Shown here one piece after another: positions 55,449 to 64,000 of a stretch of DNA of 64,000 bases. The notes under the pieces were generated by a model, which saw nothing but the letters and a program-made list of their open reading frames with translations, did not search any database and was not told where the DNA came from. The position numbers were made by a program, and so were the translations under genes. Location of the stretch: the NCBI GenBank assembly GCA_051867975.1, contig JBJDZM010000079.1:44122-108121 (forward strand). The letters run 5' to 3'. Every line of letters starts with the position of its first letter. The stretch's first letter is position 1. This DNA comes from Eubacteriales bacterium. Its GTDB lineage: Bacteria; Bacillota; Clostridia; Oscillospirales; CAG-272.

Positions 55449-56831
55449 ATGATTATTTCAAGAATTTTACTTGAAGACGTGCTTGCAGTGGCGATGTCTT
55501 CAGGAGCGGACTTTGCCGAGGTGTATGCCGAGAGAACAAGAAATAACGGCATACGTTTCTTAAACGGCAAAATTGATACCGCTAACGACGGTGTTACATC
55601 GGGTGTAGGAATACGCGCGTTCATCGGAACGAGAACGGTATATGCTACTACGACAGACCTCTCGCGCTCGGGTCTTATCCGTTGCGCAAGAGCAGTTGCA
55701 GATGCTCTCGGAGAGAGTAATGCTCAGGTATCCATTCATCTTACGGAGCGTATTTTTCCGAATATTCATCCCGTGAAGATACTTCCCGGAAGCACTCCGA
55801 TGAAGATGAGAACGGATATACTTAAAGAGGCATGCTTTGCCGCAAGCGAACGTGACGAGAAAATCAAGCAGGTTATGGGAAATCTTGCATCGGTTGACCA
55901 TACGATACTTATTGCAAACAGCGAGGGACTTTATACCTCGGACAGACACGTAAGAACGAGAATTGCCGTGCAGGCTGTTGCATCGGACGGACATGAAAAT
56001 CAGTCGGGAGGAGCATCTCCCGGACGCGGAATGGGACTTGAAATGTTTGAATTTATCGATCCCAAGAACGTAGGTATCACAGCCGCCGATCAGGCTCTTG
56101 TCAACCTTCGCGCAGATTACTGTCCCGCAGGACAGATGACCGTTGCTATTGAAAACGGATTCGGCGGAGTGATTTTCCACGAGGCTTGCGGACACTCACT
56201 TGAGGCTACAAGCGTAGGCACGGGAACATCACAGATGGCAGGCAAAATGGGTCAGAAGATTGCGAACGAAAAGGTTACTGCAATCGACGACGGAACTATA
56301 CCGGGCGCTTGGGGATCGGTCAACATTGACGACGAGGGTCATCCTACACAGAAAAACGTTCTCATCGAGAACGGTATTCTCAAGAGCTATATGATAGACC
56401 GTCTCGGCTCGCGCCGTATGGGCATGGAAATGACAGGAAACGGCAGACGCGAGAGCTTTGAATATGAGCCAACTTCGAGAATGACAAATACATATATCGC
56501 GAACGGACCCGACAAGAATGAAGATATCATCGCTTCTATCGAATACGGCCTTTATGCGAAGAGCATGGGCGGCGGATCGGTAAATCCCTTGACCGGAGAA
56601 TTTAACTTTGGTGTAAATGAGGGTTATATTATAAGAAACGGTGTTATTTGCGAGCCTGTTCGCGGTGCATCTCTCGTAGGAACAGGATCGCAGATACTTA
56701 TGGATATCGATATGGTTGGACAAAATCTTGACACTGCACAGGGTATGTGCGGTTCATCAAGCGGAAGCGTTCCGACAGATGTCGGTCAGCCTCTCATTCG
56801 AGTTTCTAAAATAACAGTAGGAGGTCGCTGA
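55449..56831 (+). CDS. tldD: TldD-family metalloprotease
   Basis: 460 aa. The HExxxH zinc motif lies in FHEACGHSLE, with a glycine-rich C-terminal part. Confidence 0.88.
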   Translation: MIISRILLEDVLAVAMSSGADFAEVYAERTRNNGIRFLNGKIDTANDGVTSGVGIRAFIGTRTVYATTTDLSRSGLIRCARAVADALGESNAQVSIHLTERIFPNIHPVKILPGSTPMKMRTDILKEACFAASERDEKIKQVMGNLASVDHTILIANSEGLYTSDRHVRTRIAVQAVASDGHENQSGGASPGRGMGLEMFEFIDPKNVGITAADQALVNLRADYCPAGQMTVAIENGFGGVIFHEACGHSLEATSVGTGTSQMAGKMGQKIANEKVTAIDDGTIPGAWGSVNIDDEGHPTQKNVLIENGILKSYMIDRLGSRRMGMEMTGNGRRESFEYEPTSRMTNTYIANGPDKNEDIIASIEYGLYAKSMGGGSVNPLTGEFNFGVNEGYIIRNGVICEPVRGASLVGTGSQILMDIDMVGQNLDTAQGMCGSSSGSVPTDVGQPLIRVSKITVGGR

Positions 56832-56833
56832 TA

Positions 56834-58162
56834 ATGAATTTCAATGAAATCAAGACAATAATCTCCGAGGCATGCAAAAAGTACGGAGTGGAGGAATATG
56901 AGGTTTCCTATTCTATTGGTGAGAATATCAGCGCGGAGACTCTTAAGGACGAGATAAGCGCGCTAAGCTCTGGCGAGAGTGCAACCGTATATTTCCGTTG
57001 CATAGTTGACGGACATATGGGATATGCTTCGACAAGTTTCTTTGACAGCGATGAGATAGAGGATCTCGTCATCAGAGCATCGGATAACGCAAAGGCAATT
57101 GAGAATGATGATGTTGTGGTCATCTTCAAGGGTTCTGAATCCTACTGTAAGACAACCGCTCCGGAGCCTGAAATTGTTGATGCGGCGGAGCTTAAAAATA
57201 AAGCTTTGGAGCTTCAAAAAAAGACATATGCGTACAATGATGCGGTCGTTGACGGAACGCAGTCGATAGCAATGTCGTTCAGAGATGAGATATATCTCTA
57301 TAATTCTCACGGACTCGAACTTTCAAACCGTGTCGGAATGACGGGGTGCTACGTTGCCGCTGTTGTCAACAAGGACGGAGAGTCACGTGACAACTTTGAG
57401 TTTGCCGAATCCATCCACGGTGAAAAGTTTGACGAGCTTCCAAAGAAGGCGGTTGACGGTGCGCTTGAGAAGATAGGTGCGTCAGAGATACCCACGGGAA
57501 AGTATAATGTCGTAATTGACGGAACTCAAATGCGTTCGCTCCTGTCCGCATTTTCACCTTCTTTCTCGGCAAAGAATGCCATTCTCGGTATGTCGATGCT
57601 TGCGGGCAAGGAAGGAGAGAAGATAGCGGCAGATATTGTCAATATCACAGATGACGCTATGAGAGACGGTTGCCCCGTACAGACTCCCTTTGATGACGAA
57701 GGCGTTGCAACGTATAAGAAAAACGTCGTTGAGAACGGAGTTCTCAAAACCCTTCTTTATGACCTTACAACAGCAATAAAAACGGGAAAGCAGACAACGG
57801 CAAACGGTCGTCGCGGCGGCAATATCGCACCCTACAACTTCGGAATTTCCGCAGGTGAAGACACGCTTGAAGGACTTTTCAATAAGGCAGGAGACGGAAT
57901 TTATGTAACGGGTGTCAAGGGACTTCACGCAGGCGCAAACCCGATTACGGGAGATTTCTCCGTAGAGAGCGAAGGATTCCTTATCAAAGACGGCAAAAAA
58001 GCAGGTCCTGTTAAGTCGTTTACAGTCGCAGGAAACTTCTTCTCGCTTCTCAAGGAAATCGACTCGCTTTCAAATGAGGTAAAATGGGGAATACCCGGCG
58101 GATTTACCGTTTTCGGCTCTCCCGATGTTCTCATCAAGGGCATGAGTGTCGCAGGAAAATAA
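56834..58162 (+). CDS. pmbA: PmbA/TldE-family protein (TldD partner)
   Basis: 442-aa paralogous fold without HExxxH. It starts 3 nt after the tldD stop. Confidence 0.85.
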   Translation: MNFNEIKTIISEACKKYGVEEYEVSYSIGENISAETLKDEISALSSGESATVYFRCIVDGHMGYASTSFFDSDEIEDLVIRASDNAKAIENDDVVVIFKGSESYCKTTAPEPEIVDAAELKNKALELQKKTYAYNDAVVDGTQSIAMSFRDEIYLYNSHGLELSNRVGMTGCYVAAVVNKDGESRDNFEFAESIHGEKFDELPKKAVDGALEKIGASEIPTGKYNVVIDGTQMRSLLSAFSPSFSAKNAILGMSMLAGKEGEKIAADIVNITDDAMRDGCPVQTPFDDEGVATYKKNVVENGVLKTLLYDLTTAIKTGKQTTANGRRGGNIAPYNFGISAGEDTLEGLFNKAGDGIYVTGVKGLHAGANPITGDFSVESEGFLIKDGKKAGPVKSFTVAGNFFSLLKEIDSLSNEVKWGIPGGFTVFGSPDVLIKGMSVAGK

Positions 58163-58203
58163 AGCATACGATTAACAAATATTAAATTTTTTATGAACTC
58201 TAC

Positions 58204-58254
58204 GGCATTTTGTCGATACGCTGTCAAAAAGCTATTGACAAAATGCCTTTTTTT
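58204..58254 (+). terminator. Terminator of tldD-pmbA, overlapping the rny promoter
   Basis: GGCATTTTGTC/GACAAAATGCC stem with a 22-nt loop, followed by T7. Confidence 0.65.
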
Positions 58255-58263
58255 ATTTATAAT
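58235..58263 (+). promoter_or_regulatory. sigma-A-type promoter of rny
   Basis: TTGACA, 17 nt, TATAAT. The -35 hexamer lies inside the 3' arm of the pmbA terminator. Confidence 0.65.
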
Positions 58264-58407
58264 ATAGAAAGGTATATTTTAAATTGTTTTAAATCGGTTT
58301 ATATAAAACCGTATTCAATACATTTACATGGGGAACATCGGAGCTGTTTTTCATGATATGTGCCTGAACATAATGCTCCGCAGAAAAATCAAGGAGGAAA
58401 AACAAAA

Positions 58408-59955
58408 ATGCCCACTGAAGTAATAGCTGCTATCGTAGCCGCTGTTGTTGGCATTGCACTTGGATTTTTCGTAGGTTTTCTTATCAGAAAAAAGGTCGGC
58501 GAGGCTAAGATAGGCTCAGCAGAGACCGAAGCTCGCAAGATCGTTGAAGAGGCTAAGAAAGATGCCGAATCTGCAAAGAAAGAGGCAATGATCGAAGCAA
58601 AAGAGTCTATTATGGCTCAGAGAAACGAACTTGAACGCGAGATCAAGGACAGACGCAAAGAGTTGTCACGTCTTGAAAACAGAGTTGCCCAGAAAGAGGA
58701 AACTATTGACAAAAAGACAGAGGCGCTTGAGCGTAAAACCGAGATCCTCGATAAGAAGATCAAGGAAAACGAAGAAATCAAAGAGCAGCACAACGAAGTA
58801 CTGAGATTGCAGCTCAAGAGACTCGAAGAAATTTCGGGTATCAGCGTTGAAAGAGCAAAAGAAGAGCTTTTTGAGCGTGTTGAGTCTGAGACGAAGCACG
58901 AGTTGGCACAGCGCCTTGATGAGCTTGAGGCTCAGTTCAAGGAAGAGGCTGACGAAAAGTCGAAGAACATTATATCTCTTGCCATTCAGAGATATGCGTC
59001 GGATCACGTATCCGAGTCCACAGTGTCCAGCGTAGCACTTCCCAGCGAGGAAATGAAGGGAAGAATTATCGGACGCGAAGGACGAAACATTCAAAAAATT
59101 GAAACACTTACGGGAGTCGAGCTTATAATCGACGATACGCCCGAGACCATCACCTTGTCGGGATTTGACCCCGTAAGACGTGAAGTTGCGAGAATTGCAC
59201 TTGAAAGACTAATATCTGACGGACGTATACATCCCGCAAGAATCGAAGAAATGGTTGAGAAGGCGCAGAAGGAAGTTGAAGCGTCTGTCAAGCAGGCAGG
59301 CGAGAGAGCAACCTTCGAGGTCGGAATACACGGAATCAATCCCGAGCTTGTAAAACTGCTCGGAAGACTCAAGTACAGAACAAGTTACGGACAGAATGTA
59401 CTTAAGCACTCAATAGAAGTTGCATTCCTTGCAGGAATTATGGCAGATGAGCTTGGAGTTGACAGTAACCTTGCAAAGAGAGCCGGACTTCTTCACGATA
59501 TCGGTAAAGCATTCCCGCACGACGTTGAGGGATCTCACGTTGAGATCGGTGTAAATGCCGCTAAGAAGTACAAGGAGAGCCGTGAGGTCGTCCATGCAAT
59601 CGAGGCACACCACAATGACGTTGAGCCGAAGACAATAATCGCAGTATTGGTTCAGGCTGCAGACGCAATAAGCGCCGCAAGACCGGGAGCGCGCCGCGAG
59701 GACATGGAAAATTACATCAAACGTCTTGAAAAGCTTGAAGAGATAGCAAAGAGCTTCAGCGGAATTGACAAAGCGTTTGCAATTCAGGCAGGACGTGAAA
59801 TAAGAGTTATGGTCAAGCCCGAAGAGGTAAATGACGCAGGTATGAAGGTCATCGCACGTGAGATGGCGGCAAAGATACAGGCAGAGGTCAAGTACCCGGG
59901 ACAAATAAAGATCAATCTTATACGCGAGAGCCGCGCAGTCGACTACGCAAAATAA
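58408..59955 (+). CDS. rny: Ribonuclease Y
   Basis: ATG 58408 follows an AAGGAGGA RBS. The protein has an N-terminal TM helix, a coiled coil, a KH domain ([11 protein letters not shown]) and an HD domain (LLHDIGK...HH). Confidence 0.95.
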   Translation: MPTEVIAAIVAAVVGIALGFFVGFLIRKKVGEAKIGSAETEARKIVEEAKKDAESAKKEAMIEAKESIMAQRNELEREIKDRRKELSRLENRVAQKEETIDKKTEALERKTEILDKKIKENEEIKEQHNEVLRLQLKRLEEISGISVERAKEELFERVESETKHELAQRLDELEAQFKEEADEKSKNIISLAIQRYASDHVSESTVSSVALPSEEMKGRIIGREGRNIQKIETLTGVELIIDDTPETITLSGFDPVRREVARIALERLISDGRIHPARIEEMVEKAQKEVEASVKQAGERATFEVGIHGINPELVKLLGRLKYRTSYGQNVLKHSIEVAFLAGIMADELGVDSNLAKRAGLLHDIGKAFPHDVEGSHVEIGVNAAKKYKESREVVHAIEAHHNDVEPKTIIAVLVQAADAISAARPGARREDMENYIKRLEKLEEIAKSFSGIDKAFAIQAGREIRVMVKPEEVNDAGMKVIAREMAAKIQAEVKYPGQIKINLIRESRAVDYAK

Positions 59956-60080
59956 TTCAAATATGCAGAAATCTCTGTAAATTCTATCCCTTAGTTACAG
60001 TTAAGGATCATATATATTTAACATAGAGCACAGATGAGAATAAGCACGGGACATTGCCCCGGAGAAAATACATTTGACAA

Positions 60081-60118
60081 CAAACCGCCGACGGATCTTC
60101 TGCCGGCGGTTTGTAATT
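60081..60118 (+). terminator. Probable terminator of rny
   Basis: CAAACCGCCG/CGGCGGTTTG stem with a 13-nt loop. The U-run is weak. Confidence 0.5.
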
Positions 60119-60184
60119 GTGGACCTCACAAAAGCGGAACTTGGCGAATTCTCGCATTTCGGGAGTAATTCCTTCACCTGAGGG

Positions 60185-60213
60185 TTGCATTTTTCCTGAC
60201 GGTATGATAGAAT
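60185..60213 (+). promoter_or_regulatory. sigma-A-type promoter of the XRE-TM gene
   Basis: TTGCAT, 17 nt, TGaTAGAAT. Confidence 0.55.
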
Positions 60214-60251
60214 TGTACCATAATCGAACAAGAAATGCGGGAGGCATAGTA

Positions 60252-61547
60252 ATGGAGAAAAAAACAATTGGTAAGTTCATATCGGCACTGCGTAAGGCAA
60301 ATGGCATGACACAAAAGGAGCTTGGTGAAAAACTTTTTGTATCGGATAAAACAGTAAGCCGCTGGGAGTGCGATGAGTGTACGCCGGAGTTGTCGCTTAT
60401 ACCTTTGATAGCAGAGATATTCGATGTCACTACCGACGAGCTTTTGCGCGGAGAACGCAATAATCCGGATAGAGATGCCGTCAACTATGAAGAGACAGCA
60501 AACAGGCAGAAATTAAAGAGCGATAGACAATTCAAGCTGATACTTGATAAAAGAAACCGAAAATACAAGAATCTGACTCTAATATCAATAGGAATCAGCA
60601 TTTTCGGTTTCATAGCGGCTATGATAGCCAACCTGGGTTTTTCCAAAGGCTTGATTGCTTTTTGCCTTGCCGCTGCTTTTTGTGTGGCGAGTGAAATATG
60701 TCAGATATGCTTTGCAATAAATGCGAACATCGCGATTGACGAAGAAGATGATACCTATACTGATAGGATAGAAGAAGCGAATACGCGTACGACAAGAACA
60801 GCTGTCACCGTTTCTTTTGTAAATATGCTGCTTTTTATGTTCTGCCTGCCTCTTGTTTCTCTCATTGATGGTGCGAACTTTGGGTTGGTATTTGAATATT
60901 GGCTGGTATACGGTTTTTTGTTTTCCTGTGTTGCTTTTGTTATCGGATATGTCATTTATACGCTTTTTGTCCGCAAGATTCTCTGTAAACGCAGGTTGAT
61001 AGTTCTTTCTGACAGGCAAAAAAACGTTTCCAAGAAGAATGAGAAGCTGTTGAAACGTACAGTGGCAGTATTCGTGATTATCGCCATAGCAATCGGAACC
61101 GGGATTATCGTTCTGAATTCCATGGGCAGGCAAGCGTTTAGAACCGATCTTGAGTTCGACAGCTGTGATGATTTCAAGGCTTTTATGGAGAGCGATTATG
61201 ATAGATGGCTAAAAGAGGGATACAGTTATGTCGATGAGAACGGCAATACAGTATACGACGAAGATATTGAATTCGACGACAGAAAAGTCTATAACAAAAT
61301 ACGAAACGCGAAGGGAGAGGTTATTTGCGAATACTACCATAACCCCGACTTATATATGGATATTATATTTACGGAATCTGCCGATGATAAAATGCCGGTG
61401 ACGGTTATAACCAAGGAAGCATATTATAATGCCTTAGATACATTCCGAACAATAGAGTCGACACTTTATACGCTTATCGTGATTGATTTTGTTATATCGG
61501 CGGCAGTTTACTTATTAATGAGTCATAAAACAAAGAATAACGAATAA
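60252..61547 (+). CDS. Membrane-embedded XRE-family HTH regulator (HTH + about 6 TM segments + ~100-aa loop domain)
   Basis: ATG 60252 follows a GGGAGG RBS. The HTH_3 segment is IGKFISALRKANGMTQKELGEKLFVSDKTVSRWE. Five hydrophobic segments are followed by a soluble domain and a final TM segment. Confidence 0.75.
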   Translation: MEKKTIGKFISALRKANGMTQKELGEKLFVSDKTVSRWECDECTPELSLIPLIAEIFDVTTDELLRGERNNPDRDAVNYEETANRQKLKSDRQFKLILDKRNRKYKNLTLISIGISIFGFIAAMIANLGFSKGLIAFCLAAAFCVASEICQICFAINANIAIDEEDDTYTDRIEEANTRTTRTAVTVSFVNMLLFMFCLPLVSLIDGANFGLVFEYWLVYGFLFSCVAFVIGYVIYTLFVRKILCKRRLIVLSDRQKNVSKKNEKLLKRTVAVFVIIAIAIGTGIIVLNSMGRQAFRTDLEFDSCDDFKAFMESDYDRWLKEGYSYVDENGNTVYDEDIEFDDRKVYNKIRNAKGEVICEYYHNPDLYMDIIFTESADDKMPVTVITKEAYYNALDTFRTIESTLYTLIVIDFVISAAVYLLMSHKTKNNE

Positions 61548-61571
61548 AGAATAAAGAACAAAGAATAAAGA

Positions 61572-63839
61572 CTATTTATATTCTTCAAATATTGCTCTTA
61601 TCTGTGCCTCAGCCTCATCTGCACGAAGCTTGTCCTCGGCATAAGCCTTGCGCAAAAGCTCGTAGGGAACATAGTTGTCGTATTTTTCAAAGACAGGTAT
61701 TTCGCCGCCCTCGACAAGAGAGTGACAGTCAATTCCGTCACGTTCAACTCGGTTAAGCAAATGTGTAAGAAAATTGAGGTCGGTTATCTTCTCCATTTTA
61801 AAGGTGATATAATAGCACCCCTCAAATTCGATTCCGCTTATGTTGTTGTCCTTGGCGTTTCTTTGAATAAATTTACGCAGAGTCCTGAACGAGCGCGTTC
61901 CGAGCCACGGGAAAAGGCACCATGAATATCCGCCGAGGTGAACGAGAGAATGTTTGAGCATACCCGTGTTTCGGGCGGTCTTTCTCGCCTGTTCGATGCG
62001 TTTTTGCGCATTTTCTTTGAGGTAAGGATACACGGTGTCCTCTTGTAGCACTTGCTTCATTCTTTTTAGGATTTTCGTGTGTATCTCTCCGAAATCTCCG
62101 GGCCAGGATATTTCCATCTTGCCGTCGACCTTTTTGACATAGACGAGTTTGTGCGTGATGTCAAGCTCTTCGACCTCCCAAACACGTCCTGCAAGTGCGA
62201 ATCGGTCGCCTACGGGCGGCGGAGTCGTGATTGTGCCTATTTCATCGGAGCCGCAACGGACGGTAAAATCCTCGCTGTCCTTGAAAACGGCGTAAAACTT
62301 GAAGCTCTTGAGAAGTCTCTCGCCCGAAAGACCTATTATCAGCCCCTTTTCATCGGTCATCTCCAAAAAATCATTGTTGAGCATGGAGATGAGAAGGGTT
62401 TTATAGTCTTCCTTGCTGACCTTTTTAAACGGCGGCAGGGATAAAACTCGCTCTGCAAGCCGTGCCGCGGTCAACTCGCCGCTCGACGCGAGCATTGAAA
62501 GTGTCTGATGAAAGAGCAGACTGAACGGCAGTTTTTTCTGCGACGGCGGCTCAATAAATCTCTCTTCAATGTATAGCTGAATGATTGCAATTCCTCGCAA
62601 AAGCTCCCATGGGATAAGCTGGGGCAGAGGAGTGTTCGGAAGCGGGTCCTCTTCGCGGAAGACCATCATCATCTCGGGCGGGTCTCCGCGCCTTCCCGAA
62701 CGTCCGAGACGTTGGAGAAAGTTTGAGACAGTGTTGGGTGCCTCGATCTGCACTACTCTCTCAAGCCTGCCGATATCAATTCCAAGCTCCATCGTCACGG
62801 TTGCACAGGTTACGGCGACATCCTCGTCATTTCGCATTTTCATCTCCGCTTCCTCGCGCAGAGATGCCGAGAGATTTCCGTGATGAATCAGAATCTTACT
62901 GTCATCGTCCTGCCTCAGACGCGCGATTTGCCGCAAAGTTGCGCAGATATACTCTGTTTCCTCGCGCGAGTTTGAAAACACGAGTGCCTTAGAGTCCTTA
63001 ACGCAATCATAAACGTATTCGTAGCCGGGGTCAACGTAATACGGCTTTTTTTGTTTTATATTGTTGTACGACTCCGACTTGGCGGACTCTTTTTCTTTTT
63101 TCTCCTCGGGAGTTTCAAGCTCGGGATTTTGAATATAAAAATGCTCAAGTCCGAGCCGCCAACGGATTTTTTCCTGTGAGAGTTTTGGAATTTCGACCGC
63201 ACGCTGTGAGTCCGCACGCAACCATTCTGCCGCTAAAGAGGGGTCGCCTATTGTCGCCGAAAGTCCGATACGTCTCGGATGGTATCCGATAAGGTGCGCG
63301 ATGCGTGAGAGCTGGCAAATAATTTGATTTCCTCGGTCTGTTCCGGTCAGGGTGTGTATCTCATCGATAACCACAAAGCGCAGGTCCCCGAAAAGTCTCG
63401 GTATGTCGTTTGAGCGGTTGATGAGCATGGCTTCAAGCGATTCGGGAGTAATCTGCAGTATTCCAGAAGGCTTTTCAAGCAGTTTTTTCTTGTGCGACAT
63501 TGCAACGTCACCGTGCCAGTGTGTCACCTTGACACCCGTCATATCAAGCAATTCTTCAAGGCGTTCAAATTGGTCGTTTATAAGACTTTTCAGGGGCGCG
63601 ATATAAAGTACCCCCACGGTTGCGGGCGGATCCTCATGCAAAAGCGAAAGAATGGGGAAAAAAGCCGCCTCTGTTTTTCCGCTTGCGGTGGATGAGGTCA
63701 AAAGCAGGTTGTTTTCGGTCTCGAATATTACCTTCGCCGCGGCAATCTGCACCTCGCGCAAAGAGTCCCATGAATGAGAGTAAATATAATCACGTATGAA
63801 ATCGGGGAAACGCTCAAATATTCTGTCCGCTTCGGTCAT
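61572..63839 (-). CDS. Lhr-like DExH-box superfamily-2 helicase (755 aa)
   Basis: Motif I is TASGKTEAAF, Ia is YIAPLKSLINDQ, II is VVIDEIHT, III is LSATIG and VI is QRLGRSGRR. The ~300-aa C-terminal region resembles the WH/DEAD-associated part of Lhr-core. There is no DUF1998-type Cys cluster. Confidence 0.75.
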   Translation of the reverse strand: MTEADRIFERFPDFIRDYIYSHSWDSLREVQIAAAKVIFETENNLLLTSSTASGKTEAAFFPILSLLHEDPPATVGVLYIAPLKSLINDQFERLEELLDMTGVKVTHWHGDVAMSHKKKLLEKPSGILQITPESLEAMLINRSNDIPRLFGDLRFVVIDEIHTLTGTDRGNQIICQLSRIAHLIGYHPRRIGLSATIGDPSLAAEWLRADSQRAVEIPKLSQEKIRWRLGLEHFYIQNPELETPEEKKEKESAKSESYNNIKQKKPYYVDPGYEYVYDCVKDSKALVFSNSREETEYICATLRQIARLRQDDDSKILIHHGNLSASLREEAEMKMRNDEDVAVTCATVTMELGIDIGRLERVVQIEAPNTVSNFLQRLGRSGRRGDPPEMMMVFREEDPLPNTPLPQLIPWELLRGIAIIQLYIEERFIEPPSQKKLPFSLLFHQTLSMLASSGELTAARLAERVLSLPPFKKVSKEDYKTLLISMLNNDFLEMTDEKGLIIGLSGERLLKSFKFYAVFKDSEDFTVRCGSDEIGTITTPPPVGDRFALAGRVWEVEELDITHKLVYVKKVDGKMEISWPGDFGEIHTKILKRMKQVLQEDTVYPYLKENAQKRIEQARKTARNTGMLKHSLVHLGGYSWCLFPWLGTRSFRTLRKFIQRNAKDNNISGIEFEGCYYITFKMEKITDLNFLTHLLNRVERDGIDCHSLVEGGEIPVFEKYDNYVPYELLRKAYAEDKLRADEAEAQIRAIFEEYK

Positions 63840-63878
63840 TTTTTCTCCTTTCCTCGGTGTCTTTTTAAGGAAAAGACA

Positions 63879-64000
63879 TTAAAACTCAATATCGTTTGCT
63901 GTAAATTTTCTTTTTTCGGGTGCAGTTTGATCCGCTTTATCCGATTCGTCCGAATTTTCTTCTTTTTGAGTGTCTGTTGTCAATTTGACGTGACTGCCCA
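63879..64000 (-). CDS. 3' end of an unidentified gene upstream of, and probably co-transcribed with, the helicase
   Basis: The minus-strand frame is open to the window edge. My translation of the last 39 aa is GSHVKLTTDTQKEENSDESDKADQTAPEKRKFTANDIEF, followed by a stop. It is separated from the helicase ATG by 39 nt that contain a GGAAAGGAGAA RBS. Confidence 0.35.
   Translation of the reverse strand, partial: GSHVKLTTDTQKEENSDESDKADQTAPEKRKFTANDIEF

Noticed and set aside
61541-61571. A short AATAAAGA tandem repeat between the convergent XRE-TM and helicase genes.
   Set aside because: It has three imperfect copies in a 24-nt AT-rich spacer, most simply explained as stop-codon-rich filler.
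61572-63839. Calling the helicase a phage-defence gene (Hachiman HamB-, DISARM- or Druantia-like).
   Set aside because: Only generic SF2 / Lhr-type motifs are visible. No partner nuclease, methylase or DUF1837-like gene can be seen inside the window, so the defence assignment would be speculation.
1-64000. Mobile elements, prophage, genomic-island signatures, and tRNA or rRNA genes.
   Set aside because: No integrase, transposase, terminal inverted repeats flanking cargo, tRNA-like cloverleaf or rRNA sequence was recognised. Gene content and composition look uniformly core.

Overview
The window reads as a core, housekeeping chromosomal segment of a low-to-mid-GC spore-forming Firmicute. It is probably a Clostridia / Oscillospiraceae-like gut organism; that is inferred from cwlD, BspA-type LRR lipoproteins and Bacillus/Clostridium-type gene orders, not proven. 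About 60 protein genes fill roughly 90% of the sequence. They include tlyA-nadK-argR-recN, argS, yebC and rplS. Three conserved ribosomal operons are present: rplU-prp-rpmA, rpsF-ssb-rpsR and yceD-rpmF. Other blocks are glyA-guaB, a Mn2+ riboswitch with mntP, rbr, rpmB, mtaB, upp, lnt, dxs, mutS2, rhaA, ansA, tmcAL, mrp, an M16 peptidase pair, lgt-folD, miaB-ymcA-mutS-mutL-tgt, tldD-pmbA and rny. I found no rRNA, tRNA, CRISPR array, transposase, integrase or prophage gene. Transcription signals are unusually legible: 25 near-consensus sigma-A promoters and about 20 intrinsic terminators. I do not see a convincing multi-gene novel system. The best candidates for a second look are:
1. A promoter-to-terminator unit at 18.34-18.63 kb that would encode a ~170-nt rod-like structured RNA (or complex leader) upstream of a 2.6-kb BspA-like LRR lipoprotein gene.
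2. An identical CTHDCSSCS (Cx3Cx2C) peptide at the N-terminus of the Mrp/NBP35 Fe-S carrier and at the C-terminus of the YmcA/RicA-like protein.
3. A shortened ThyX-fold protein with RHR changed to RHF.
4. A dispersed structured intergenic repeat with two copies.
5. A membrane-embedded XRE regulator convergent with an Lhr-like helicase operon that runs off the right edge.
All calls rest on reading the sequence and remembered family motifs. No database search was run.
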